64,000 nucleotides of DNA from an uncultured virus (IMG/VR IMGVR_UViG_3300034418_007342) (Duplodnaviria > Heunggongvirae > Uroviricota > Caudoviricetes), in IMG/VR virus record IMGVR_UViG_3300034418_007342, positions 1 through 64,000 of that record. The stretch is one strand, 5' to 3'. Within the stretch, counting starts at the first letter, position 1; each line of letters begins with the position of its first letter. The notes beneath the pieces are model-generated. The model ran no database searches, was not told the DNA's origin, and saw only the letters and a list, made by a program, of their open reading frames with translations. Below, piece by piece: positions 22,101 to 31,520 of this stretch. A program made the position numbers and the translations under genes.

Positions 22101-25100
22101 ATTTGCAGAAAGAGCAAAGATCAGAACTAGGAACGCTTTTGTAGAAGCCATAGAAAATAGTTACTATGGTACCAAAGTAATGGATCAGAACTTTCGTATT
22201 CTTGATAATGACACATATACCGTTAGAAGAGATCCACAACAGTTTTATTTAGAAATTGATGACATTAATAATAACAACTCTAGACTAATCGGTTATATCG
22301 AGTGTAATCTTATCCAAATTGAAAATGTATTGATTTTTAACAATACAACTCAATTTAATGACATTATTTACAATCCTCAGTCCGGAGAGCGTCAGTATAA
22401 ACTAAAACTTATTGGACAAAAAACAGGCGAGTGGACAGGAAGTCTTTATGCGCCAGGATACATTTACAATGAGCCAGGCGTACCCGAATGGAGACAAAAT
22501 AAAGACTACCTTAAAGGTGACCTCGTTGAATACAAAACCTTTTATTATGCTGCAAAAGAAAATGTGCCCGGATCAGTAGAATTTAATTTTACTGATTGGA
22601 ATCCAGTTGATAAAGATGCAATAAAAACAGGTCTTTTAAAGAACTTTAGTTTCAACGCTGGTCAGTTCACTGATTTTTATGACACTAACAAAGTTAACAT
22701 CGAGTCAGAAGATGACCAATTGGGTTTCGGATTGATTGGCTTTAGAAGTAGGTCTTATCTAAGCAATTTTGGTGTTAACGACGCAAGTCAGGTTAAGTTA
22801 TACCAAGGCTACATTAAGCAAAAAGGAACAAGGAATGCTATTAATTCATTGGCACAAGTAAGTCAGGATCCTTATACACCTACTGTAGGTGTTGATGTAA
22901 ACGAACAATGGGCATTCAGAGTCGGTAGTTATGGTGCTTTAGAAACTAATCAAGAAGTTGAAATAGTTTTGGATGAAAGTTATTTCCTAAGCAATCCAAC
23001 AAGTTTGACCGTAAATCCCAATAACTCGATTACCTACAGTAGTATTTACACACGGCCCGATGACTTATATAGGACAACAACTATACCTTTTTCTAGTCCG
23101 TTTTTATTAACAAGAACAGACAATACACCTAGAACTGATGACATACTGACTGCTGGATTTCCTAACATAGAAGATGTAGACTATACATTATTCAACTTAA
23201 ATGACCTTAGCACTCTCAACGCTAATATTAACCAGATTGGATCAGGAACAACTATTTGGGCCGCAGTAGACTTTAACAAGGACTGGAATGTTTATTATGT
23301 TACCAGTATCCATGCTTCTGTAATTGAAATTGGAAATGCACTCAATGGCCGAGTAAGTTGTTTAACAAGTGGATTTCATAATTTAAGTAAAAATGATGTA
23401 ATAGTGTTACAAAATGCTGAACAATTTTCAGGATTTTATAAAGTTTTAGAAGTAAATGGATTGAACTCATTTACTATTGAAACAGATTTAGATCTTAACG
23501 GGTTTAGCGGAGCAAGTGTAGATGCACCAGCCTATAAGTTGCAATCTTTAAGATATGACTATGCAACACAAATTAATTCTTGGACTCCAATAGACGGTTG
23601 GGCCGTTAATAGTAAAATCTGGATTAACAAGAATACAATAGATAGCGAATGGGGTGTCTACAATAAGACTGAGCCGTGGAGTGCCAACGTTAGTTTACCA
23701 CAAAGCCAGTATTTTACAAATGGCTTGTTTGGTTCTAGTTTAAAAATTAGTACAGATAATAATTTTGTAATTGTTGGACAACCGGGATATAATGGAAATA
23801 TCGGATCTGCTGTAAACTATAAAAAATCTGGAAGCGGGTCACTAAGTCTTGACAGAACTATTACAGGATCTTCTAGTAACTTGCGGAGTTTTGGATTTAG
23901 TTTAGAAAGCCAAAACAATGTTGTTGCAGTCGGCGCACCAGATTCTGGAACAAACGGAGAAGGTTATACTTACATTTACACTAGAGATTTTACAGGAGCA
24001 TTGGCCTTAAATCAGATACTAAGTGCAAGTAATGTAGACACAAGAAAATTTGGTTACAGTGTTGCAATGAGTTCTGACTACCAATGGCTCTATGTGGGCG
24101 CCCCAGACACTGATCAGGTAATTGTTTACGGCTGGGATTCTTCAGTTGAAGAAGAAGTTGATACATTAACTGGAGACGGTAGTACTAGTTTTACGCTGAC
24201 TTTTGATCCTGCAGGCACCGAACTAGTTACAGTTAGTAACACGACAACAGAGTTTGTTCCTTATAGAGATTTTACAGTAAGTACCTTTGGGATTACATTC
24301 ACTGCTAATACATCGGTCGATACATATGTTGTTAGACAACTCGGCCCTGGCTATAGAGAAATTACTACAATAAGCGGAACTGCAAACACTAGTTTTGGTT
24401 TTAGTGTCGCTACGAGCACAGAAGGAGCACAGGTTGTTGTAGGTGCCCCCACTTCTAATGTAACTGTTGGTAATACAAGTCTTCAAAGCGCAGGAACAAT
24501 TAGTGTTTACGATAGATCTATCGAAAAGTTTGTTGCTATTTCTGGCCAAACAGATTTTGGAGGTGTGCGTAATCCAGTAAGCATTACCAAAGTATATATA
24601 GGAAGTGAACTACAAGTTAATGGTATTGATTACATTTTTTCAGGAGCAATCTGTCAGTTTGTAGTTGCGCCTGGCGCCGGCAAAATTATTACAATTGAAA
24701 CAGACGAATTTAATCAAGTTGAAGAAACCGCAGCCGACTCACCACTAGCGGAAAACCAGTTTGGCTATAGTGTTGATTTATGTTCTTATAATTGTAGCAT
24801 TTATGCAGGAGCACCTTATTATAGCAGTAATGAAGCAGCAGGAAAATTTCAAACTGGTGCAGTTTATCGTTTATTGAATCAAGGACGGATTTACGGTAAT
24901 ATAACTGGCGAGGTACAAAATCCAACAGTAACATCTGCTGACAGCATTAGACTAAATGATTATGAAGTAATTTTTACTGGTTCATCGCTCACACAAGTAG
25001 TATCTGATATTAATAATAAACAAGTTCCTGGAGTTACTGCTTCTAACGCCAATGGATACCTTAGTATTGTAAGTAGCGGAACAATTTCTACTGACAAACT

Positions 25101-28100
25101 TCGTGTATTACCGGGCACCGGATCTGCACTAACTGATTTAGGATTAGATGTATTCCCGCAAACTGAAATTATTTTAAACCCAACAAACTTTGCATTTGAC
25201 CAGTTCGGCCAACGTGTGCTAATAGATAATACCAGCGAAAGACTTGCTATCGGTAGTACAGAAGCGATTACTATTGCAGACACCACATTTGATCTTGCAA
25301 CTTTTGAAACAATTTTTGATGCCAATGGCACAAGATTTAAGGATGAAGTGGATTCTGGCGCCGTGTGGATCTTTAATTTACTAAGTGATAGTAGAGAAAA
25401 TATTGACAATCCAAGCCAATTTGCTTACGTTCAACAATTAAAACCAAGTAATATAACATCCCCTGATTTTAATATTACTGAAGGCATGAAATTTGGAAGT
25501 GCTTTTGATTTACAAAATCAAAAAATCTACGTTGGTGCAAAGAATGAAAGCACATTCGAAACGAACGCAGGCGCAGTGGCATTATTTGTTAATCCAGATA
25601 ATTTGTACGGTTGGGATCTGTATAGGTACGAAGAAGCAAAAATTGATACTACAGCCCTTATTAAGAGTTACACATACAGTGCTGAAAATCAGTTAATTAT
25701 AGATAATTTAGATTTTATTGACCCAGTTAAAGGAAAGATTCTTGGTGTAGCTGAGCAAGATATTACATACAAAGTTGACTACGATCCAGCAGTTTATAAT
25801 AATGGAACATTAGATACTGTTAGCATTGACCCTGAATTTTATTGGACAGATAAACGTGTTGGACAAGTTTGGTGGGATCTGAGCACAGTACGTTTTCTTG
25901 ATTACGAGCAAGGCTCGGTACTATACAGGACAACAAACTGGGGCAGAGTTTTTCCTGGAAGTAGTATTGATGTCTACGAATGGGTAGAGAGTGATTATCC
26001 ACCGAGTCGTTATGTAGAAACAGGTGGCGACGGCGAGCCTAAGTATCCAGACAACAGTGCTTACACAACAATTTCATACGTTGATCCGCAATCTAACACA
26101 ACTCTAGTTAGGTATTATTACTGGGTTAAAAATAAAACAAATGTAACTGCAAACTTATTTGGTAGGACAATACCTACAACTTCTATTGCAGGATACATTA
26201 GTGATCCAAAATCTAGTCTTATTCCTTACTACGCAGCAATAAGACCGGATTCTGTGTCTCTTTACAATGTCCAAAACAAGACTGTAGGTAGAGACACAAT
26301 TTTTCATTTAAGTTATAAGACAGCAGACAATACTGCCATAATTCACAGCGAATATGCGCTGGTATCTGAAACTGGCGGAAATGAGAATTTAATTCCTAAT
26401 TCTATATATAACAAATTAGTTGACAGTCTTGCAGGATTAGATAAATTTGGAAACCCAGTTCCTGATCCTGCACTTGGTGTACAAGAACGCTACGGTATTG
26501 ATATTAGACCAAGGCAGAGCATGTACATTGAAAGAGAATCTGCAGTAAAAACTTTTGTTACTTTTGTTAACAGTGTGTTTGCCAAGTACTTAATGAGTGA
26601 AGGTTATAATTTATCTTTACTTAATGGCAGTGTATTAACAGCAGGCGGTAACGGCGAAACTATTCCCGATTCTAATTCTGGGGCCTACAATTTAACTGTA
26701 GATACTTACGACGAGCTAACTTATATTAACATCATTATTCAACCAGTTGGCTATAAAGTTCTTGTTTTAAATGATAGGACAGTTAGTAACCTTTGGACAA
26801 TATATACAAAACAGTCCGACAACACGTGGTTGTTAACTGACGTTCAGAGTTATAGAACAAGCGATTATTGGCAGTATATAGATTGGTATGCTCCTGGATT
26901 TACAGCAAAAACTGTTCCAAATTATACAATCAATACTTTTGCAGATTTATCGACTTTAACACAATTGCGTTCTAAAGATATTGTAAAAGTTCTAAACAAT
27001 GGACAGAACCAATGGGTCTTATTGCAAATATTCCCTAACGTTGTAACTACAGTCGGTGTTGAAAATGGTACTATAAAGTTTTTAGACAGCTTGTGGGACT
27101 TACCTAACAACGCTATGAGTTATGACAACGACTTATTTGACGGCGCAAGGTATGACCAAAACCCAAGTTTAGAGATAAGGCAATTAATACAAGCAGTCAA
27201 ACAAGATTTATTTGTAAATGAACTGGGCCCAGACTTCTTAGAATTATTCTTTGCTTTAATTTATAAAGCCTTACAAGAACAAAAGAGTTTGGATTGGGTC
27301 TTTAAGACTAGCCTAGTTGATATTGTACAAAAAATAGACGGTTTAAACCAACCACAAATCTATTTTAAAGATGACACCGATTTTTACTTAGATTATATTG
27401 AGGAAGTAAAACCCTATCATACAAAAGTCAGGGAATTCATTGTAGACTATCAAGGCAACGATAATTGGACCGGTTATACCACAGACTTTGATGTACCATC
27501 ATACTACGACCCAGTATTTCAGCAATACAGAAGTCCTACAAGCGACTATGCACAAGATATAAATGCAAGAAACAATTTGTTGCAGTACAAAGATTGGAGA
27601 GACAACTATCAATACTACATTGAAGAAATTACTGTAGCAAATGGGGGATCAGGATATACAAGTACTCCTAACGTAACAGTAACAGGCAGTAATATAGGAA
27701 ATGATGCAGTAGCAAGGGCATTGATCACTAATGGAGCAGTTACACGCATTGAGGTATTATACCCAGGCTCTAATTATGTCTTACAACCCAATATTACAAT
27801 TTCAGGAGGCAGCGGATCTGGCGCCACAGCATACGCTATAGTAAAAAATGATGTTACTAGAAAACTAAAAACTACTTTAGCGTATGATAGAATTACATAC
27901 GGTTCTGAAGTATTAGTATGGACTGCTAATACATCTTATAGTGCCGGCAACATTATTACCTATTCAAACGTTGCCTATCAAGCCACGACATCATTTACTT
28001 CAGGATCCACATTTAGCGGTACAAACTTAGAACTCTATGATGGAAATAGATTTAGAACTGCCAATGACAGGATTCAAAGTTATTACGTAGCCGAAACCGG

Positions 28101-29538
28101 CCAACCTGGAAAAGATTTTGGACTATTACAGACAGGTATAGACTATCCTGGAGTCGGCGTCGAAGGCCCATTATTTACTGATGCGGGCGGCTTCGATATT
28201 GGAAACTTTGATTCGAGTGCTTTTGATGCTCTGCAAATTGATGCAGACGGTACTTATATTATAAGTGAAACCATACTAGATACTACGATTACAAGTGATT
28301 ATACCGACACTAGTTTAGGAACTAAACCAGAAGATATTCTAGTAGACGGTGGTCCTTACATCAGTGAACAAGTTTTAGAATGGCAGGCCAATACTTATTA
28401 TCCCCGAGGTACAGTAATTAAGAATGACGGTGCTTACTACATATCTAATGTAGGAATAACAACAGGTAGTTCTTTTAGTATAGACAACTTAATGTTATAC
28501 CCATTAAATCCATACAGTGCATTTGGTTCTCATGCTCCAGAGGAATTAATACCTGGGCGTGTATTTGATACCTTAGACCTAACAGTATATACACTAGCAG
28601 TGGGCGGCACAACTTCCGGGTATCAAACCTGGGTTAATGCAACTGCTTACAGTGTGGCAAACATACAAGTTGTGGATGGTGGCCTGGGATATGACAGCAA
28701 TGTCGCTAACATTTCAGTAATTGTAGAAGGTAGCGGCGGAGCAACAGCCACTGTGGGTAGTGTTGACGCTAATGGTGCAATTACTTCAATTTCCATTATA
28801 ACTCCAGGATCAGTTTATAAGTCACAACCGAATGTGACAATTACCGGCGCAAATACTAGTCCGGCACGTGCATTTGCAAGACTAAGTCAAAGCGATTACA
28901 CAACATTTGAGTTTAGGATGTTTAAAGATATGAATGACAATTATTCATATTATCGTCTTGATTGTGATGCAACTGTAACGCTGACCAATGCCTTAACTAT
29001 TACCAGTAATACAATAAGTGTAAGTGACAGTAGCAAACTAGCAAATCCTGTACCATACGGAGCAAATCCTGGCGTGATTATAGTTAACGGTGAACGCATA
29101 ACTTACTATCAAAAAGACGACAGTACAAATACTTTGAGCCAAATTCGCCGCGGAACATGGGGTACAGGAGCAAATGCCCATGCAAATGGCAGTGTTGTTA
29201 CAGATATTAGCATAAGAGAACAAATTCCCTATACTGAGCACAGTTTTGTCTCTAACCTGTCAGGTAATGTGTTAACTACAGCCGGAATTGGATACGAATT
29301 AATTCCAAGTATCACATACATGCAAAGTACGCTTATATATGCTCGCGGCCAAGGCCCAGAAGACATTGCTACAGAAGACCCATTTAGCGGCAATACTCCT
29401 GCGAACTTACTGATAACAGAAGTAAGTGAAGACGTTATAACAACTTCAGGCGGCGGCGCTCCAACAGCAACCAGTGAACAGGGTATGTACGTGGGACGTA
29501 ATGCACAGACTGTGTTCATCCTGGAAGGCGCATGCTAA
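16117..29538 (+). CDS. Giant (4473 aa) baseplate wedge/virion structural protein with YHYH-like, FG-GAP-like and CBM-like modules
   Basis: Single uninterrupted ORF after the gp6-like gene. Contains IEEVKPYHTK, a YHYH-like block (GIYHY, GYAIDGYPIYGPYG, LDRFNGR..VTPDYPNGTYAYF), repeated FG.S...VGAP, W..N..Y..G..V motifs and GGSGY repeats. Confidence 0.75.
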   Translation: MAITKTLPFLPSVFQTETNDKFLSTTLDQLVTEPNLVPINGYVGRKFTPGWSGIESYVREPSGVRADYQLEPTTVVKNAADADSVEFYNTYPELLQKIQELGGNVADQDRLFTSQFYTYDPKIDYDKFVNYSQYYWLPAGPDSVTVSATNIATSRTYYVYPEDNINVYRFSSESNVGNPDIIVVREGTYQFVVNQPGKKFYIQTEPGLSGRQTNNNNLSSREIEGVTNNGDDVGTITFNVPISTAQDNFLNATNVADVGFVTNLKYSQIDQQLLSTVAALGGIDGVTANTLLDGQSLVFGTYYSDSADWDSGSGPVSAGLRYGVWDITLTPSGGDYLISLSSGTAIPTGNKVTILSGLNYGNTEWYKNTSGYLSQVPVITAPFDTLYYQDSEDAEQYGRIQILSAVTKTIDVNTDIIGRKNYISPNKITFTNGLKIKFDNTVTPEVYRNNEYYVEGVGDSITLTPVEWLSVFYSSSQENFSPVVRFVGTTTYANLNQSRTQLSIESNVDPYTANISTDYASSGENRNNIFSSNLSFQFPYRGGFNTVGDNADNLFRTGTIGMSLVGIPFYGPTNEAYIEGKNATSWHYNSPYVKINGQDTYGGYPDSNGIYHYNDSTFITANAWGNVAGLGSNLYVETDGHSTLLGYAIDGYPIYGPYGYSNPMDKDSGAVLMVSSYQADDGASYRPLSKLVTVTANNTSGSNITLNSTFELEPGMRLTFSSNASITTPDEYWIVAAGQQSSVGLPNNNLGLNQIQLNKDLIIYANTDIQFGFPSGSFIEDYTYQEGLGSLDRFNGRYCVTPDYPNGTYAYFSTQDTTGVPTYPYFVGQNFYGSLDISDINQLTEPDYITIDRSSRDQNPWSRRNRWFHKEVLAQTASYNGTSLISLDTYQRAQRPIVEFIPNLQLTNFGNLALIPVDIFDTTITQPFSAVEGVTGIFLDGVRIVDGMRIIFANDIDPLTRNRIYVVRYVDQDGIPSTAPILTLKLIVAYDGIPDPGETVSVLNGVSNGGKSYWFNGGQWVEGQVKTGLNVAPLFDIFDEDGNSFTDRDIYPSVNTATTFDGTKLFSYREGTGTDDSVLGFPLSYRSLNNQGDIEFVNNFDVDTFGYTTDGVTEVIKNISLGYIHRNNVDGTTTKLTCWNTVVENTKQYQIFSYEFDGINNDFSFDIAPSQNTAIPNLQVLVNFKNLQQTQYQVEVRPNNQRSISINNNLLKSGDKIDIKVYSTQVSSLGYFQVPDNLNFNVQNEVVSYPTLGQIRNHVGKLVRSSTQFIGGYPGTSNLQDLNLTAYPGEILQQSSPISYASMFLVDKDFNFVNSIYNAQQEYTRFKNKFLSIATSTNQIDYNDPVSGVNYILKEINKVKNDTFPWFYSDMVPYGDNVNVISYTVFDQLQTNYEITTTFSLSTLSNQAILVYLNGVQLLNGYDYTFLASGPGIALSSNLSRSVGDTLKIYEYRNTDGNYIPETPTKLGLYPKFKPELVADSTYRTPIYVIVGHDGSRTPAFNDFRDTYLLELEKRIYNNIKQEYNEDQLSIYNSMPGKFRTNDYSLTTYNRIISRSFLYWAGQNKVDYSTNTTYNSEDPFTWNYRTAKDSDGVFLPGSWRACYEYFYDTVRPHTNPWEMLGFSERPDWWVSTYGPAPYTSGNTILWTDLKNGYIAGGSRQGYDTTFARSTLLSIIPVDAQGNLRSPIEILTNNYDISNMDENWSVGNWGPGEYAWRTSSDWPYAQQIVMALTKPAQYFALGIQKNKYVYSSVINQYTVTDTNYRLTPSDVDINGDQDADGSIIRSAGYLNWINDYQVSNGVLTKTKLNRYLHDYKINLAYRMASFSDKKLLKVLADQNSPSSVNSSVIIPDEDYELILGKSTPLSKIKYSAVVIKKVATGFEINGYDRSNPVFNIVAPNIDNESDVITVLDRQVQYFTKFRNYRLTIPYGTVLTTIQDVANFIAGYERFLLLQGFSFDYFDEDLGQIRNWQLSTKEFIFWTQQGWPVNSVIVLSPFAERAKIRTRNAFVEAIENSYYGTKVMDQNFRILDNDTYTVRRDPQQFYLEIDDINNNNSRLIGYIECNLIQIENVLIFNNTTQFNDIIYNPQSGERQYKLKLIGQKTGEWTGSLYAPGYIYNEPGVPEWRQNKDYLKGDLVEYKTFYYAAKENVPGSVEFNFTDWNPVDKDAIKTGLLKNFSFNAGQFTDFYDTNKVNIESEDDQLGFGLIGFRSRSYLSNFGVNDASQVKLYQGYIKQKGTRNAINSLAQVSQDPYTPTVGVDVNEQWAFRVGSYGALETNQEVEIVLDESYFLSNPTSLTVNPNNSITYSSIYTRPDDLYRTTTIPFSSPFLLTRTDNTPRTDDILTAGFPNIEDVDYTLFNLNDLSTLNANINQIGSGTTIWAAVDFNKDWNVYYVTSIHASVIEIGNALNGRVSCLTSGFHNLSKNDVIVLQNAEQFSGFYKVLEVNGLNSFTIETDLDLNGFSGASVDAPAYKLQSLRYDYATQINSWTPIDGWAVNSKIWINKNTIDSEWGVYNKTEPWSANVSLPQSQYFTNGLFGSSLKISTDNNFVIVGQPGYNGNIGSAVNYKKSGSGSLSLDRTITGSSSNLRSFGFSLESQNNVVAVGAPDSGTNGEGYTYIYTRDFTGALALNQILSASNVDTRKFGYSVAMSSDYQWLYVGAPDTDQVIVYGWDSSVEEEVDTLTGDGSTSFTLTFDPAGTELVTVSNTTTEFVPYRDFTVSTFGITFTANTSVDTYVVRQLGPGYREITTISGTANTSFGFSVATSTEGAQVVVGAPTSNVTVGNTSLQSAGTISVYDRSIEKFVAISGQTDFGGVRNPVSITKVYIGSELQVNGIDYIFSGAICQFVVAPGAGKIITIETDEFNQVEETAADSPLAENQFGYSVDLCSYNCSIYAGAPYYSSNEAAGKFQTGAVYRLLNQGRIYGNITGEVQNPTVTSADSIRLNDYEVIFTGSSLTQVVSDINNKQVPGVTASNANGYLSIVSSGTISTDKLRVLPGTGSALTDLGLDVFPQTEIILNPTNFAFDQFGQRVLIDNTSERLAIGSTEAITIADTTFDLATFETIFDANGTRFKDEVDSGAVWIFNLLSDSRENIDNPSQFAYVQQLKPSNITSPDFNITEGMKFGSAFDLQNQKIYVGAKNESTFETNAGAVALFVNPDNLYGWDLYRYEEAKIDTTALIKSYTYSAENQLIIDNLDFIDPVKGKILGVAEQDITYKVDYDPAVYNNGTLDTVSIDPEFYWTDKRVGQVWWDLSTVRFLDYEQGSVLYRTTNWGRVFPGSSIDVYEWVESDYPPSRYVETGGDGEPKYPDNSAYTTISYVDPQSNTTLVRYYYWVKNKTNVTANLFGRTIPTTSIAGYISDPKSSLIPYYAAIRPDSVSLYNVQNKTVGRDTIFHLSYKTADNTAIIHSEYALVSETGGNENLIPNSIYNKLVDSLAGLDKFGNPVPDPALGVQERYGIDIRPRQSMYIERESAVKTFVTFVNSVFAKYLMSEGYNLSLLNGSVLTAGGNGETIPDSNSGAYNLTVDTYDELTYINIIIQPVGYKVLVLNDRTVSNLWTIYTKQSDNTWLLTDVQSYRTSDYWQYIDWYAPGFTAKTVPNYTINTFADLSTLTQLRSKDIVKVLNNGQNQWVLLQIFPNVVTTVGVENGTIKFLDSLWDLPNNAMSYDNDLFDGARYDQNPSLEIRQLIQAVKQDLFVNELGPDFLELFFALIYKALQEQKSLDWVFKTSLVDIVQKIDGLNQPQIYFKDDTDFYLDYIEEVKPYHTKVREFIVDYQGNDNWTGYTTDFDVPSYYDPVFQQYRSPTSDYAQDINARNNLLQYKDWRDNYQYYIEEITVANGGSGYTSTPNVTVTGSNIGNDAVARALITNGAVTRIEVLYPGSNYVLQPNITISGGSGSGATAYAIVKNDVTRKLKTTLAYDRITYGSEVLVWTANTSYSAGNIITYSNVAYQATTSFTSGSTFSGTNLELYDGNRFRTANDRIQSYYVAETGQPGKDFGLLQTGIDYPGVGVEGPLFTDAGGFDIGNFDSSAFDALQIDADGTYIISETILDTTITSDYTDTSLGTKPEDILVDGGPYISEQVLEWQANTYYPRGTVIKNDGAYYISNVGITTGSSFSIDNLMLYPLNPYSAFGSHAPEELIPGRVFDTLDLTVYTLAVGGTTSGYQTWVNATAYSVANIQVVDGGLGYDSNVANISVIVEGSGGATATVGSVDANGAITSISIITPGSVYKSQPNVTITGANTSPARAFARLSQSDYTTFEFRMFKDMNDNYSYYRLDCDATVTLTNALTITSNTISVSDSSKLANPVPYGANPGVIIVNGERITYYQKDDSTNTLSQIRRGTWGTGANAHANGSVVTDISIREQIPYTEHSFVSNLSGNVLTTAGIGYELIPSITYMQSTLIYARGQGPEDIATEDPFSGNTPANLLITEVSEDVITTSGGGAPTATSEQGMYVGRNAQTVFILEGAC

Positions 29539-29545
29539 AAAACAC

Positions 29546-29553
29546 TATAAATA
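29546..29553 (+). promoter_or_regulatory. T4 late promoter, perfect TATAAATA
   Basis: Exact T4 late consensus in the 33-nt gap before ATG 29572. Confidence 0.8.
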
Positions 29554-29571
29554 TATGAACGGTATACAAAA

Positions 29572-31359
29572 ATGGCAGTAAAAATTTCAGAATTACCTAG
29601 TTTAGGATCAGCAAGTTTAAACACGTATGAAAGCGTAGTTCCTGTTGTAGCGAATACAGGGTCAGAAAATGTCACCTATAACACTACAATGGCCAATGTT
29701 AAAATTTTTGTTGAACAAGGCGATTTTGACGCAACTGGCAACATCAGTTTCCTTAATGGTAATATCATCGACGGAGCATTGACGCTAACTGGGGGTATAA
29801 CTTCTGGAGGAGATATATCTGCCGGTAATGCTTCGCTTACCTCTGTTACCACTACAGGAGCAAGCCAAATTGGCTCCAACTTAGTTGTTCTTGGAAACCT
29901 AGTAGTTTCGGGCAACGTAGATTATGTGGGTGTAAACAATGTTATTACCAGCGATAACATCTTAGAGTTACACGTTGCCAATACTGCCAACATCAGTGAG
30001 CCTTGGACTTTTGATGATGGCAAGGACATCGGCATTCGCTTTCACTGGTATAGCTCACAGAATGAAAACGCTGCACTAGTTTTTAGTCATGACGAACGTT
30101 ATTTAGAATGGTATGACAGCGGTTCACTTGGTACAGATACTTTTACTGGTAACAGTTATGGTACATTTAAAGCAGGCGGTATTATCTTAGCTAACGTTAC
30201 TCCTACAACCGGTAACGGAACAGGCACACTACAAAGCCATGGAGGTGCTTCTGTTACAGGTAACCTGTGGGTAGGTGGTTGGGGAAATATTGTTGGAAGA
30301 ATTGATACTCAAGGTAATATCACTACAACTGGAAATATAAATGCATCCAGCGGTGATCTTAGACTGAACGGCGCAAATGTTATTAGTGGCGCTGCAACAT
30401 TTACTGGAAATATCGATACTACAGGCAACCTAACATTCTTTAATGGTAATATTGTAAACGGTAAAATGATTCTTACAAATATTACAGGCGGCGTTTACAC
30501 AACAGGAAATATCTTTACAGATGCTAGAATGTCAACTGGCAATCTGGGAGTAAATTCGTATATTACCGTTGGAACAACAGCAGTGGTAGGTGCTAATGCA
30601 ACTGTAAATCAACTTACAGTAAATAGCACAGCAACCGTTGGTAGTACGCTAGGAGTAACTGGCAATATCAGAACTGGTGCTGGTGCTACTGTTGTTGGTA
30701 GTGCAACAGTTGGTACTACTTTCTATGTTGGCGGTGCAGCGTTATTTAATTCAACAATACAAGGCGCCAGCATACAAAACACTCCAATTGGAACAGTAAC
30801 TCACGCATCCGGTAAGTTTACTACTTTAACAACTACAAGTGATAACCTACTAGGGGGTGACTTACAGGTTACTGGTAATATAACACCGACTGCAAATGCA
30901 ACTTACGATATAGGAAATGTTACTTACAGATGGGCTAATATTTGGGCATCAGGAACTGTAACTGCCAATGCAACATATGCATTATACGCTGACTTGGCTG
31001 AGATGTATGTACCGGATCAATATTACGATCCAGGTACAGTAGTTGTGTTTGGTGGCGAGCAAGAAATTACAGTTACTGACCAGCAAGGTGATACTAGAGT
31101 TGCAGGCGCTATTTCTACACAGCCTGCTTATGTTATGAACGAAGCGCAAGAAAACGGCGTGCCGCTTGCTCTCCGAGGCAAAGTTCCAGTCAAAGTAGTA
31201 GGTTCAGTGAACAAAGGCGATTTATTAATTACTAGCAACAGTGCAGGTTACGCCACTGCTGCTAAATGGTACAAGCCAGATTCCAATGCAGTTTTTGCTA
31301 AGAGTTTAGAGCGGGATGATAGCGAAGGACCAAGAGTAATATGGGCAGTTATACTATGA
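29572..31359 (+). CDS. Tail fibre-like protein with C-terminal intramolecular chaperone (peptidase G2-like) domain
   Basis: MAVKISELP N-terminus, G/T/N-rich beta repeats, and C-terminal YADLAEMY...GTVV...LRGKVPVKV...KGDLL. Confidence 0.7.
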   Translation: MAVKISELPSLGSASLNTYESVVPVVANTGSENVTYNTTMANVKIFVEQGDFDATGNISFLNGNIIDGALTLTGGITSGGDISAGNASLTSVTTTGASQIGSNLVVLGNLVVSGNVDYVGVNNVITSDNILELHVANTANISEPWTFDDGKDIGIRFHWYSSQNENAALVFSHDERYLEWYDSGSLGTDTFTGNSYGTFKAGGIILANVTPTTGNGTGTLQSHGGASVTGNLWVGGWGNIVGRIDTQGNITTTGNINASSGDLRLNGANVISGAATFTGNIDTTGNLTFFNGNIVNGKMILTNITGGVYTTGNIFTDARMSTGNLGVNSYITVGTTAVVGANATVNQLTVNSTATVGSTLGVTGNIRTGAGATVVGSATVGTTFYVGGAALFNSTIQGASIQNTPIGTVTHASGKFTTLTTTSDNLLGGDLQVTGNITPTANATYDIGNVTYRWANIWASGTVTANATYALYADLAEMYVPDQYYDPGTVVVFGGEQEITVTDQQGDTRVAGAISTQPAYVMNEAQENGVPLALRGKVPVKVVGSVNKGDLLITSNSAGYATAAKWYKPDSNAVFAKSLERDDSEGPRVIWAVIL

Positions 31360-31520
31360 TAAATAACAATACAGATTCTACTGAGTTTATATCTGACGAG
31401 CCGGAACCCAAAAGAGTCAGCGAAGAACGCCCAAATGAATCAACAGGAATCTATGTTCGTGGTTTTTTAAAAATTACAGACCCCGAAACTGGCAAAGTAA
31501 TTGTAGAAACAGGAAGTTAA
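31356..31520 (+). CDS. Small (54 aa) protein similar to the N-terminus of the next gene
   Basis: Below the track cutoff. MINNNTDSTEFISDEPEPKRVSEERPNESTGIYVRGFLKITDPETGKVIVETGS fills the gap exactly, with ATGA and TAATG overlaps. Confidence 0.7.
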   Translation: MINNNTDSTEFISDEPEPKRVSEERPNESTGIYVRGFLKITDPETGKVIVETGS

